From the NCBI GenBank assembly GCA_013265495.1, contig MU058000.1, forward strand, positions 3,139,722-3,203,721: a stretch of DNA of 64,000 nt. Direction: 5' to 3'. Both the position numbers and the translations under genes were made by a program. The stretch is from Vicugna vicugna (Eukaryota). This document shows positions 38,930 through 52,440 of this stretch, piece by piece. Position 1 is the first letter of the stretch; each line of letters starts with the position of its first letter. Under the pieces are notes generated by a model. That model searched no databases, had not been told where the DNA came from, and was given only the letters and a program-made list of their open reading frames with translations.

Positions 38930-39450
38930 ACATACTATTGTCCCCTACTATTATTATTTCTCTCTGTATTCTTCATCTTGTTTCATTTTTTGCTTTAAAA
39001 CTAAGTCATAGCCGGTTGATGCTGTATTTGACTCATCAAGGGTTATGACAGTTACATTCTCATTGCAGATTATACATTATAAGAATATAAAATAAGCTCT
39101 CCTTTTGTTCTGCTTAAGGCTTTCTGCCTTGATGTCTACTGTGCATGGAATTATTACTCTTACCACCACTTCCTCCCCCTACCTTGTGTGTTTTTGTCTA
39201 ACATGACCTTTGACCGTCCTTTTCATGTTCGGACATTTTGTTAGGAGCAAATTTTGTTTTTGGAAAAAGCATACAGTTGACTTTTAATTTTCAATCCAAA
39301 AAGAGGTTGTAGATTAACAGAGGGTGCCAACACTTAGCCTTTTTGTCATAACAGACACATTTCCGCATCCCTGTGTCCCCTTGCTCTATAAGCCTGTTGT
39401 TCATCATTTTGCTTTGTTTGTTTCTATAGCCTGATCTATGTATTACGTTC
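38930..39450 (-). mobile_element. Very old L1/HAL1-like fragment, antisense (probably continuing at ~40650-41520)
   Basis: tgccttgatgtctactgtgcatggaattatt...aaaagcatacagttgactttt resembles antisense L1 ORF2 5' region. Confidence 0.5.
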
Positions 39451-40264
39451 TCTTTGATGTTAAATTCTAAGTTGACTCAGAGAGAATCCAAATTCAGTTT
39501 TATAAACAAGGATAGGACCGATAAAGATGGAAAGCAAATTCTCTCCCACTTCCCCGTGTAAATCATCTGTCCGTCAAAATGAGTTTGTAGGTGTGGATGG
39601 GAGGGAATTCCATGCGCTTCTGAGGCTTTGAAGTATCTGACGAAATTGAACCTTCATTGCATATTGTCAGGCTTTTTTCCCCTGGGCAGACTGGAGCAAA
39701 AGTGACATTTGATCTGAGAGTCCTCCCAGATAGACGCAGGATAGAAATCTTCCTGCCCATTTGTTGTAAGCTGTCCTCCAAGCCAGCTGACACAGGGCTC
39801 GTGGAAGAAGGCAGCGCTGGTGGGCAAACTGCTTCCGATACATTTGGAAAGAAGGGACATGTTCTCTTTCGTTTGCACCAGGAAAGAACTGATGACAAAG
39901 TGCAGCCACCTCACACACGTCCTGGGGGGAATTCCAGCTCTCTAGCATATTTCCTGTTAGCCTACTGGCATTAAAGTACCATAACTTCATCACAACCCGT
40001 GACTCCATCACTATTACAGAAATCCCAGCAACTTAACCTATAAGGTTTCTTAAAACAGTACCCTTGGAAAAATTACCATATCAAACAAAAACCCATCAGG
40101 AAAGAATCTCAAAATCCATTTAAAGGGATTTAAGGGAATTAAACTAAACTGAATAAAGAGGACAAGAATGTCCTATTTAGGTAGAACTAATAAGAGAAAA
40201 AAGAGGAAACATTACATCTACATGAATTTGTTTAAGGTTCTGAGAAACATGCTTATAATATTTA

Positions 40265-40620
40265 GAATTGACATAGCTGCAAGGGAAAGAAATGCAAATC
40301 AAATTGGTGTTAAAAAGTCAGAACGTATGGAGCAGTATGGCTAAATCCAGGTGCTCAAATTACATCACCGGGAGCCAATGTCTTTTTATTGCTAACTTCA
40401 AGTGTTCACTTAATTTCCAGGTAGCATGACTCCATGCTGATCTTACCAAATTCCAGGCACCTAACCTATCAATTTCAAATCCAAAAGAAAGAGATCTCCT
40501 ATTCACTAACAGGCTTAGAAAACATAAAGATTAAGGATTGAGTTTCAGTGAATTAATCTGGGTTCTCAGTACTTGCAAGAGACAGAAGTTCTAGGAGAGG
40601 GTGAATAGATACTGATGGGG
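40265..40620 (-). mobile_element. Old MaLR LTR, MLT1J/K-like
   Basis: gctgcaagggaaagaaatgcaaatcaaattgg...atggctaaatccaggtgctcaaa...aatccaaaagaaagaga. Confidence 0.55.
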
Positions 40621-40739
40621 ATGAATCCGTCGGAAAACTTGTGCTCTCACTAGAAGAGCACAACATTTTTCTCGACTTTATTATTAAAACCTATGGTTTG
40701 ATTCCTTGTATGTTATTTTATTAACATTATTAATCATTG

Positions 40740-41201
40740 TGTAATAGGGAAGAACGAGCCTGACTCCATATTGGATCTATTTCTTTTACGTTAAACTTTG
40801 TATTCTATTGCTTTTGCTATAAGTTAATCACTAAAGGGATGTTGCCTACAAGCTAAAATTGTACATAATGTCCCATCTCCGGGAACCCTGCCTCCCATGT
40901 AATGAGTGTTAAGCTAAAATACCTTTGTTTAACTCACAGAAAACCTCCTGACCAGACTCATCAGTGAATGGCTGCAGGAAGGAAGAAATGAACACATCCC
41001 CTCGGGGCTCCGGCTGGAACCAGGACTTTACCCCCACCCCTTTCAGTATAAAAGAAGTCTGAATTCCAACTCAGAGAAGATGGTTCTTTGGAATACTAGC
41101 CCACTGTCTTCCTGATCTGCTGGCTTTCTGAATGAAGTTGCCACTCCTTGCCCCAACAACTCTGTTTATTGGCAAGTAGTAGGAGTTTGGAGCAGATAAC
41201 G
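40740..41201 (+). mobile_element. ERV1 solo LTR, MER41-like (artiodactyl type)
   Basis: Starts tgtaatagggaagaacgagcctgactccat; TATAAAA at 41047; aagatggttctttggaatactagcccactgtcttc...ctggctttctgaatgaag U3/R region; ends ataac. Confidence 0.8.
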
Positions 41202-42952
41202 AATATATTGTACGTCTTCTTATAAAGAATTATCACAGGCATTTGCAATGTGACTTTTCCTCCTATGTTTTATTACTTAGTTCAGTGCTTACCTGACTTA
41301 AATGCCCACCCATATACTTTTTATTTTACTTTCTTGCCCCTTTGGTGTTAATATGTGTAGTCCTCACTTAGCAACCTAGAGTAGGGATTCAACACTTTTA
41401 AAGGGATTTTGAATATGATATATTTCCTGAAGCCTTTTATTATTGAGCAAATATTTCTTTTATAGTTTCATGGAATGTAAATTGAGTTCAACATAATATT
41501 TATGCACCAAACATATATTTCTTAAACTATCCTACTTCCCAATGCTATGGAGAAAAAACTAAGGGAGCATGTGACTCAGCCTTTTACCTTGCCTTAGATG
41601 ACTGGCCCGAGGGAAATATTACCCATCAGCTAGCCAGTGACCAATTACATTTCTCTCTCGAGACAAAGACTTCGGGCAACTGTTAGGGTTAGCTGCCATT
41701 AAAGGTCACAAAAGGGCAGAGTCTAGTGTCAGAATCATGACAAGAGTGACATTCACGCCAAAGTTGCTGAAAAACAAAAACTGTGACTATGAAATGGAAA
41801 CTGACAGGTGCAGAGAAAGAAGGAAAAAAGGCTGATATGAGTCCAGAAGAATTTAAGACACCACTGTCTATTTCTAGATATATTTCAAGTTTGGAAATGC
41901 ACAGCTTCATTAGTTTTCTATGAGATTTTTGTGTTGAATCTTGTAGTTCAAAAAAGAACTTGACTATAACAATAAGTCATTTTGCATTAAACATCCTGGG
42001 CTTTTTCCAGTGTGTTCTGGCATCCAGGATCGTTGAGTCAAAGCTGCAATAACCCTGATTATATTATAAACGTTATTATAATGTTAACCTACATGAATTC
42101 TCATGCAAACGTTTTTGTCTGTTAATCATATATGTTTGCCAAAGTAAACCATGGCTCAATCTCTAATTTGTTAGGCTGAAATACAGAGCAGTTTTAAAAT
42201 TTGTTTCTCTGTTATTTTATTTTTGTAGTTACCTTTAGCTACAAGCATGATTATTACCTCTAAGCCATGTGTTCTGACTTCTCCTTTCTGTGCACGTACA
42301 ATTGCTAATCTAGAAATACCTTTACTTTACACCATAACTATCATTTTAAGTTACTTTTATCTGCATTCTAGGAAAGCGCCTCATGATTACACATTATGGT
42401 TTTAATTATTCCAGTGTCAACTTTGCTCTTTAAAACTGTCAACGCAGTTTAAAATTTTCTTATTATGATGTTAGCTTTATTACTACCATATCAGAACTAA
42501 AATGTATTCTACAATTAAAATACTGTGATCTGGAGAGGAACTTGGAGAGCATAGTTAATCAAAAAGTTGGAGAGAAGAGAGAGATACCTATAATGCTACT
42601 GCTATAATGTTAATGATAAATGGGTCATGTCTATTTGTGCATAAATCAAGAAGTATCTACAGCATCTTAAATTTTAACATGTCCTTGTTCAGTCTCTATC
42701 TTACTTTCTAAACACACCATCCATGTGCTTGATTCTCTGAATTAAGACCTTACCACATAAGGCAAAGGATGTTTTCAGTTAGAGTCACTTGATCTCAAGA
42801 ATGAAGCCTGAAGTTTCAGTGGTGGTGTTTTCAGCGCACCACACCATATTCCAGATGACCAAGATATTATATAAACAAGTAATCAGATTTATTTACTCAA
42901 TCTGTCATTAACATACATTCAGAAACCAAACATGTATCAACATCCTGAAATA

Positions 42953-43291
42953 TAGCTGACCCTTGGAAAACACAGATTTGAACTGCATAGGTCTACTTAG
43001 AAATGATTTTCTTTTTCTATAAACACATAGATGTTTTTTAAATATATTTTCTTGTCCCTATGATTGTCTTAATAACATTTTTTCTCTATCTTACTTTATT
43101 TTAAGAATATAGTATATAATACATACAACATACAAAATATGTTAATTGATGGCCTATGTTATCAGTAAGGCTTCCAGCCAACCATAAGTTATTAGTAATT
43201 AAGTTTGGGGGGAATCTAAATTTCTGTATAGATTTTCAACTGTGTGTGGGGTGAGCATCCCTAATCTCTCATGTTGTTCAAGGGTCAACTG
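42953..43291. mobile_element. Tigger2a-like non-autonomous DNA transposon
   Basis: TA-flanked; TIRs tagctgacccttggaaaac and gttgttcaagggtcaactg. Confidence 0.87.
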
Positions 43292-43338
43292 TATATGATA
43301 TTCAAATTGACTCTAGGGCATACAGGTGTGTAATATAC

Positions 43339-43378
<40 letters not shown>
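43339..43378. repeat. Compound (TA)n(TG)n microsatellite
   Basis: Seen directly. Confidence 0.95.
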
Positions 43379-43381
<3 letters not shown>

Positions 43382-45178
43382 AAATAATAACCACCAATAC
43401 TTGGTCATAACTCTCAGTGAGTTCATAGTTTACTGGTGGAGAATGACAAAACCAGCTATAATGTTATCTTATAAATGGTAAATTGGCAATAGAAACACAG
43501 AGTAATAGTAATTAGAGTGAGAACGACACATCAAGGATGTGACATTATCTCCTGAGATAGGGAGTGCTTTACCTTGTGTCCTCTCTGTGGTCTTGACCTC
43601 TTCTATTACTAGTCCCTTTAATTATTCAGTGAGTAGCAAATATAGTTTCACTAAGTGTAAATGTTTACATTATTTCCAAGGTGTGATGAAACTGAGTTTT
43701 TGAAACTCTTGACTAGAAAATGTCTAGGGAATGATGGTGCTCCTCTTCTGAGGCTCAGACAAGAATCCGGAATTTATAAAATCCACATCACACTATTTAA
43801 CTCAGAAAGAAGAGATTGCACTCCTGCTGTGAACTAAACTGACAGGTTTTCCATTTGTCAGCTCTGACAAGGACTGATCAACATGTCAGATTTGCCTTCC
43901 TTCTTGGCTAATTTTAATCCAGAGGGAGAGACACTCGAGCACAAGTGAGTGAACAATGTAAACTGTGCTTATCTTAATTTGCTGGTACCCATTTGAACGA
44001 TCTTCTCTTTTTCGTCTCAAGTTAATCAACATGAGTAAGAATCAAATGTGTGTAAACATCTTAAAGAGCAGAAAGAAATATAAAACCAATGATGGGAAGA
44101 CACTCTACTAGCTCCATCAGAGAACTGAGCAAAATCAAAGGAGAAATAATATCATTATAATACAAGGAGAAATTGTACAATCTGTAAACTGGCACAGATA
44201 TATTTATATATATATATTTTATGTATATGTATAATTTATTTGGAAAATTAATATACATTTTTTTCCTTTTCTCTGGTTAAAATTTATGTGTGGTCTATTG
44301 TAGTCAGTGATTTTTTTTCTTAAGTTTTCTATGATATCAATGTAGGTTTTACAGCAAATGCTATAAATAGAAGTGGGTACAGTGATACAAATTTAGGTAC
44401 AAATTCTTACTCTTCTACTTATAAATTTGATAACCTAGGAGAAATTCAGTCATCTAACATTTAAAATAAGGATTTTTAGAGTTACTTCTGAAATATTTCC
44501 TGTTAAGTACCTAACAATATACCTGGTAAGTAACAGGGCATCGATATTGTGTTTTTTTCCAAACAGAAGCACACACATAAACCACCCCTTCAAACCCACA
44601 CACATAACACACAGCCCAGATTTTCCTTTTTATTCCAAAAAAAGTTCCCTTCCTAACTGACTTTGGTGCTTTGTGAAGCCACGTCCATGTAAAGAACTAG
44701 CTCAACTGGGAGAATGACAGTCTAATGCTTGCTCTTCTGCTTTGGGACCTTATTAAAATTTTCATTTCCAAATCATATACAAAGCATATATTTAAACGAT
44801 GCGGAACCTTTGAGGTAAAAATGATACTTTCAATGCAAACAAGATAATCAAATCTCATCAGGGAACCCTTGGGTTCTTAGTGCAAAACAAAGGACTGTTT
44901 TCTGTCTATTCAAAGTAGTGAAGATTTGAAGACACACCCTTACACAGCAGTTAGATGACAAGGAGCAACAGAGTCAAAGAGAGTTAAGTAGAGAGGTAAA
45001 TAGGTGGTTAGATAAACAGATGTTGAAATTAAATTTCTCATGAACTCAATTCCAACTCTGTCTCCATGGTTTCACAGGAGAGTATCAAAAAAAAAAAAAA
45101 GCTATTGAATAGAGTGGTTTCAGAGTAGGGTTTGAATATTCTGCAATAAAATTTTAATTAGAAGTTTCTCATAGAATA

Positions 45179-45703
45179 CAGATGGTCCCAACTTAAGATT
45201 TGGTTCAACTTAAGATTTTTCGACTTTGTGATGGTCTGAAAGCCGTATGCATTCAGTAGAAACCTGACTTCAAATCCTGAATTTTGATCTTCTCCTGGGC
45301 TAGCGATATGCAGAAAAACATTCTTTCCTGATGCTGGGCAGGGGCAGCGAAGCGAGCCAGAGCTCCTGGTCAGTCGTGTGAGCACAACAGTAAACCACCG
45401 ATACATTTACCAGCACTCTGTACCCACACAACCATTCTGTTTTTCCCTTTCAGCTCAGTATTCAATAAATGACATGAGATATTTGCACTTTATTATAAAA
45501 TAGCGCTTGTGTTCGATGATTTTGCCCAGCTGTAGGCTAATGTAAGTGTTCTGAGAAGTAATGTAATGTAAGTGTTTGAGGTGGGCTAGGCTAAGCCATG
45601 ATGTTTGGTAGGTTAGGTGTATTAAATGCATTTTCAGCTTAAGATATTTTCAGTTTATGATTGGTTTGTCATGAGCCAACCCCACTGTGTCAAGGAAGAT
45701 CTC
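45179..45703. mobile_element. Tigger5b/MER47-family non-autonomous DNA transposon
   Basis: TA-flanked; cagatggtcccaacttaaga...gcattcagtagaaacc...ggctaggctaagccatgatgtttggtaggttaggtgtattaaatgcatttt. Confidence 0.88.
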
Positions 45704-45901
45704 TATACTATAAAAGAAAAGCAATATCCGTGTCAAATCTCTTTTTGTTTAACACTTCGCTGCTGCGACATTTTATGTATGCAAATATGTAGATATTGAT
45801 ATATACATGTATTTCTGCTTTAATCTAATAATTTTTTTAAACCAAGGTTAAAATCTTGAGATCTCTATGAAGATAAAAGACCATCATTTAAAAAAGCAAG
45901 T

Positions 45902-46122
45902 TTGAGATTAACAGATATACATCACTAAATCTAAAAGAGATAAAGAACAAGGACCTACTGTATAGCAAAGGGAATTGTATTTAATTTCTTGCAATGAGCT
46001 GTAATGGAAAAGAATCTGAAAAAATTTTATGTATGTGTATAGCTGAATTGCTTTGCTGTACAACTGAAACTAACACTGTAAATCAACTACACTTCAATAA
46101 AAAATAAGAATTGAAAAAAAAT
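45902..46122 (+). mobile_element. 5'-truncated L1 3' end with TSD
   Basis: aacaaggacctactgtatagcaaaggg...gtaaatcaactacacttcaataaaa; TSD aa(a/c)aagcaagt at 45891-45901 and 46123-46133; TTT/AAAA target site. Confidence 0.9.
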
Positions 46123-46379
46123 AACAAGCAAGTCCATTTTCCTTACAAAGATGCTGACATGTAAGCCTAGGAATTAGGATTAATTATATGACAACTTCCT
46201 CAAATCCTGTAATTTCCTCATGTTCCCACGAAATTTTGAAAATTATGCTTGTTTTCTTGGAACGTGAGTCTTCCTCCAGACAGTGAAAATTGTGAATAAA
46301 TCAAATCCAGATAAACAAGTAAGAATTCATTAGTAATTTAGGATTTTAAGACTACAATTACTTTGAATTAAAGCAAGAA

Positions 46380-46760
46380 GGGACATCGCTGATGAGACCC
46401 CACGGACCGCCGGACCCAGCACCGGACCAAGGGGTGACACCTTGAGGACGGAGGGAGCCTTTGTTGGTGCAAACACACTTTCTGGCTCCCTGGTGTCTGT
46501 CAGATACTCTTCTTCCTTTTTCTACAAATTCACTGTCCTCATATAAGCTGGGCGCCCTCTCACCTTCCCACCTGATAAGCAATAACCAGCAGGAGCGCAG
46601 TGGGCCATTAGGCCACTGTGAGTCGACACCAGACGCCCCCCACTGAGATGTGCAAAGCTCCAGGCGCAGGGCCACTCATAGGCCCATGTCTTTATCCAAG
46701 CTGAGTCAAAAGTAGCACCGGAAGTGGGTGGGGAGGCCCTAGCGAAATTCCTACAAGAAT
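46380..46760 (-). promoter_or_regulatory. Candidate promoter/enhancer with possible minus-strand first exon
   Basis: About 13 CpG in 370 bp; ACCGGAAGTG (ETS) 46717-46726; GGGTGGGGAG 46726-46735; TGAGTCA 46702; TGATAA 46573; minus-strand donor GAAG|GTGAGA at 46564/46563. Confidence 0.45.
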
Positions 46761-49109
46761 GTGTGTCTTTCCTTTGGCAGAGCTTTCAGCTCTTTACTGT
46801 GGTTTCTTTCCTGCACTGAACGCATAAAATTCCCTTGATCTTTCTAAACCATTTAAAAAATATGACTTATTTAAATCTTCAAGCTTGTCATGTCAGGAAG
46901 CATTTTAATGATGTGCATGAAGGAAGTATGAAGAGAAGTGTAGCGTGTGTGTGTGCGCGCGCACTTGTGTGTGCATGTACATGTGAGTGCAGCAAGAATG
47001 GAGGAGGCACTGGTCAATGAAAAGCACCCTCAACTCAGAGTGAAAATGCCCATCTTCTGCTCGTATGTAGGAATGTTTTACCTTTGATCAGCGGTGTGCA
47101 TCTTCTAAGTGCAGGCCCTCCAATGTTAACATAAAGGAATTGGAACAGAACAAATCTAATACGAATTTCAATTTTCAAATTCTATGATCCAAACACCCAG
47201 ATTTACAGCAAACGCTATTTTAAACCATTTAACGAACAATTTCCAACAATTGATACCCTAGTATTTTCTGGTAACAAATCAATGGATTAATAAATGTCTA
47301 GTGAGCCAGGTAACAGGATTTGGGTAACTGTGCATGTCGGAAACACACTTTATTGTAAACTGTTCTAATTCTGTCCTGCCCTACAGTCCTTTGGAAACAA
47401 TTCTGATGCATTATTTGGGCATCAAAGAAAATACAGACAAGCATTTTTTAATCTGAGTGCCTTTACAAGCCTCCTTCCCTTCCTAGGATCTGCACTGATT
47501 CGAGAAGGAAGACCAAGACATGTGTCGATGAAATTCCATCGACTGGTAGAATTTGAGTGGTGGACTCTGGGGAGCAGCTTTGGGCTCAGAGAGACCTTGG
47601 GTTGGATTTTGCTCCATCACTCACTGGTCTGGGCTTTTGCTCGTTTGCTCAGAGGGTCACTGTGAGGATTCTATGGAATTATCTACGCATATTATTTCTT
47701 TACCTGCATGATCTGTATAGATAGCACAATGGAGCCAAAATTTACTGAATTAAATCACAAAGAAACCCAACAAATGAAAAACAATCTTCTGGAATTTCTG
47801 ATGGAGGAGAGGTACAGGAGGGAAAAAGAACCATCAGGACCATTTCCACTCTAGATTCAATCAATATGGATGATTCAGTTTTCTTTATGGGAAAAAAAAA
47901 GACTACAAAGAATGTATTTCTGTCTGAAACAAATACATGAGTCTTTTGCACACTGATGGTCTCCGTGGAAGTTTTTTTTTTTTTCACAAATGTTCTTCAT
48001 TTTATCACTGTAGAAACCACAAGAGGAATTTTAAAGAAGGAAACAAGGATTGGGTAGACATGCAGGGATTCTCAGATCTTGCAGTAACACACCAAGTGCT
48101 ATTTCAATGCATCAGAGCATTAGCCACATGAGAAGGAGATTTTTGAATGCAAAATGGCTTAACTGAAGTAGGAATAAATACTTTAAATAAATACTTTAAA
48201 GACAATATGGGATAAAATATCCTGTCCTGTTTATAGATTTTATGCATGTACAGTGATTTTATTATTTTATTAAATTAAGTAAAAATTATAAAAACTGAAA
48301 TAAAAACTGCTTTCTTGTCCGGGGCTCACCTCTCTTTTATTATCTGAAAGATGCACAAAATAATGCTTAACATCTGGGTTTTCCCCTTATTGAGACTGTA
48401 GGATCTGATGTGCAGAGTGTGGGGAAAGGGGAACGCTCCTGAAAGCAAACTTTAACCCCAGCGCTGTGCGATTTCGTACGCACGGCAGTCTAGTTGAGGA
48501 TTCTCCAGCCTTAGAAGAGGTTTGATCTGAAGACTTGTGCGTTAGTTTGATCAGGGGTAACAAAGGCATTGTTTAGAGCCAGAAAGAGCTGGATTTGACC
48601 CCTGAAGCCTCCATCAACTGCTCTGACAGGTCAGGCATCGGAATGCACAGATTTCTTGAACTTCAAGCTGCAGATCACACAACCCCTCTGGGAGGTTGTT
48701 GCAAGCGGTATACAGAATGCATCTCAAACATCTAATCATGGGAGCGTAATAGTCCTCCTATATAATGCCTTCGTTTTAGTATCTGAGGCCTCATGCAAAA
48801 AGGTAAAAACTCTACTTAGTACACGATTACTCAGTATACTTTGGCCTCACTTCAGAAAAGTACGTGTAACAACAACAATAAAACATCTGACAGCCATTCC
48901 CATTCTCCTAGGTAAGTGACTTTGACTCTCCATTGTAGTCTATCTGCTCAGATTTGCAGAAACTGTATTAAGTTGAAAAATATGTTGCATTTTACAGTAA
49001 CTCTTCTGTTCATGTTTCCCCCAGTACCAATGATAATGCTGAAAAAATGATAGGCATTCAATAAATACTTTAAAATTCATGTATGCCAAATTTTTATAAG
49101 CTTTCTTCA

Positions 49110-49270
49110 TGTGGACTCTAAAAGCAAAGCCAGTCAGGTTTAATTCCTGGCTCTAATATTACCTTGGGCAAGCTACTTAACTTCACTAAGATTCCATTTC
49201 CTTACCTGTAAGCAATGATAGTAAACCTCATCTCCCAGGACTTGTATATAAATAAGGTAAATGATATCAA
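49110..49270 (+). mobile_element. MIR
   Basis: ggtttaattcctggctct...accttgggcaagctacttaacttcactaagattccatttccttacctgtaa. Confidence 0.8.
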
Positions 49271-52029
49271 ACATTCCTCCAGTATTCAAAAAGTTTAACA
49301 ATTATTATTGTATCTTTCAACATTGTTTCATCTATCAAATACATGTTATAGTGACTAACAGACACAGGTCGATTTTGTTTTTCTGGAAAGAAAAAAGAAA
49401 AAAGAATACCTTTAACATGAAAACTTGATAACATACTTTCTAATTTTCCAGTGAAAAGTGGTCTGAGAATGTATTCAACTATTCAGTGTGTTGGGCCAGG
49501 TTAGTTTTTTTCAATGACTACAAATCAGTACTTTTACAGAGAAGCAGCAGCATACCCTGTTCCTCTCTAGTGAGCCATAATTAAAAAAAATTGGGAAATG
49601 TCAAAGTTGTGCATTTAACTCCAAGATGACACACACATACTCTACTAGCATCCCTCCAAGAAACAATGATAACTGTATAAGGAATTTCTTTGAGTCTAGA
49701 AATGTCTTCAAAATCTTTCTAGCACACTCCCAAGAGCCCATACAAAAGGTATAACTTATTTGCTCTGAATGTGTAGCCTTATTTCTCCAAGTTGAGAAAC
49801 TAGGGGATGGGATTATTTCCTGAAATCTTGTTTGCTAAGAATCAAGCAGAAAAGATCTTTAACTCTCAGCCAGAATATATGGGGTCTTTTCTGAAATGAA
49901 CTAATGTTTGTTAAAATAATTCCCAATCTTTAATCTAGTCTCAGGTTTCCTTTTCTCTGATCAGTTCTGGTTTATTTTTACAAGCATCCGCTCACTGGCT
50001 TAAAAATTAAACTACTTGTCTTGAGTTTTCGACTTTAAAATGTTTGTTTGCCGACTTTTTGCATTTTTGCTCTTTACTCTGAGACGATCAATCACAGTGA
50101 CAAGCAGGGATTCTGTCATCACCCTGGAGTGTTTTGTGCAATCAATTACACAAGAACACGAGTAGCACTGTGCGTGACAATATGTGTAAGTGTTTTCTTT
50201 TTAAAGTCCATGTGAATCATCTGATTGTGCATATAACGGGGCTGTGTATTTTGAGGAAATAATTCACTTCCTGTAGCTTGCATTTTCCCATTCGTTTTGA
50301 AAGCTGGTAATGATAATAACAAACTTGCTTTCTTTAAGTTGAAGTTAGAAGGATGACACTTACATGTACAACTGCTTTTGAAGAATGAGACATTTTTACT
50401 AGTTTCTTTCTGAATTGATAAAGGGGAGACAAAAATATTTTAGTCCTATGCCAGCATACATTCATTCAGTCAGCTGCTCATCTTTTCAGATTTATCAGGC
50501 CCATGTTATACCACCATCTTTAAATTTACATCATGCAACTACATCAAGCATATCCTCTCTCTTTTATTTTTATTTTTTGTAAATTGACTTGCAGGCACAT
50601 ATTCACAAAGTCGGAACTAACATCACTAATTTATCCTAGTTTTTAATGTCTTTTTTCTCACTGTTAAATGACCTGAAGTTTGAACTTGCATCCAAACTGT
50701 CAAAGATGCCCAAAGCAAACCTAGTTCTCCCCAAAGTTGTGTCATCTTAATATAAAGAGTTTAACATAGTTAGTCCTCACATTTTAGACCCTGAAGTATT
50801 AAATCTTTCAAATCCAAGCTTCTCTGAATGGATTTTTGTTTTATCCTGTGTCATATATGTCTGTATTTTAAAGCTCTACCCCTTGCCCTTCCCCCTGTAT
50901 TTTTATGTAAATGTATCCTGAGCCTAATGTGTTTGTAACTATTAAATGCCATGTGTTGGTCTTCTGTGCTGGAACAAAGTACATCGGTGCCTTCCGAATC
51001 TCTCTGGCAGCTATCTCCATGTTCGCTGTCCTCCAATCAGCATCTGCAAATGTAACCACTTAAATCTGATCCCACTGTCTGAATCGGTTACTCAGATAAA
51101 AGGCAGCCAAGATCTAAGCCCTGCTCCATGTGGGACCCTCTTAATACTTCCCCCCAGAGTGGACATGGTTCCTCTTACTGGGAGTGTCTGTTTTTTGTTT
51201 CTTTCACTCATTCTTTATCTACTCTCATGTCTCCTCCTGGATTCTTGCAAGCTCTGTCTTAAGCAGGAACCAATTATGCAGAATTTAACCAAAGGCTTTC
51301 TGAAATTCAAACAGTCATAACATATGTACTGTCATTCTCAACACTGCTGGTACTACTTCAGATTGGAACGGATGTGAAAGAGGCAGATATGTTTTCTAAA
51401 ACTACATTTATCATTTCTGTTTTATTCCCTGGGTTAAAAAAAAATCACTATGTAGTCAACTTATTTTTTAAAAAAGGCTTCAACTATTAAATATGTATTT
51501 GTGCTGCGTATTCCTCAATCAAATGAGTCAGATTTCTAAAAACTTTATTTGATTGCTTTTCTTTGAATTACCTTGAAGTTAAATGATGATTCTGTTTTGT
51601 CCATTTTCTTTCAGAGCTCAATTGTGATATCAGCGTGCAAGTAAAATGCAAATTTTAAAAAAGCTCGGATATAGGTTTATATGTTTATAGAAATATCCAG
51701 GTTTTATTTGTGGCTACTCAGAGAAATAAGCTGGAGACTTGAGTGAACACATGCTCTTCCAAGCTGTGTTTTATTAAGTTCATTCTATGGCACCTCATTA
51801 TTCTATTATCTATGAAAGAAAGGGTAGAGTTCATTTCATTCTTTGACATGTTACTAAGCCTTGATTTGGAATCATTATGATGACTAAATGTTCTCAAGTC
51901 TGATTCAAGGACAAGAGTGGCAAGTAAACTTGTTTTGGTTTTGTGTATATAATAGACTTTCCATCTAGTGGCTGGATTGTTGGTGAACACTCAACATGTG
52001 TTTTATGAACTTAATAGACAATGTCATAT

Positions 52030-52212
52030 GTATTTTTATCCTCATGAAGTCTCTTCAGGTAGGTGTTAATAGTTCTATTTTTTTTCAGATGAGAAAATTA
52101 AGATTTGGAAAAGTCTTAGTAATCTGCATAAGTCCCCTAGCCAAGCTGTCAGATTACAGCTTGCATTCGAACATCAGGATCACCTGAATCCAAACTATAT
52201 TCTTAACCACTG
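52030..52212 (-). mobile_element. MIR
   Basis: ttatcctcatgaag...ttttcagatgagaaaattaag...ttcttaaccact. Confidence 0.75.
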
Positions 52213-52440
52213 AATATACACCATCCAGAAAATGTACACACACACACACACGTGCATGCCTCAAAAAAAAAAAAAAAACTCATTGATGAACTCCAGACTA
52301 AGAACTCTTGTTCTCATGAAAGCTGAAGGAGCTCTTGAGATTTCTTCTAGGTTGGCTACCACATTTTACTGGAAAAAGGAAGGAAATTAGAAACCAAGAC
52401 AGAAATGCAGTCTTTGGAATCATCATTGTTTTTCGCTGGA

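Noticed and set aside
39563..40011. Four overlapping ORFs of 86-114 aa
   Set aside because: Explained by locally higher GC; no homology recognised and no splice-bounded structure
46545..46650. CTCF-like motifs (GAGGGCGC, GGGGGCGT)
   Set aside because: Only the 3' half of the CCASYAGRKGGCRS consensus matches
50851..51320. ORFs including DADWRTANMEIAAREIRKAP and a 124-aa plus ORF
   Set aside because: Weak acceptor, no good donor and no recognisable family
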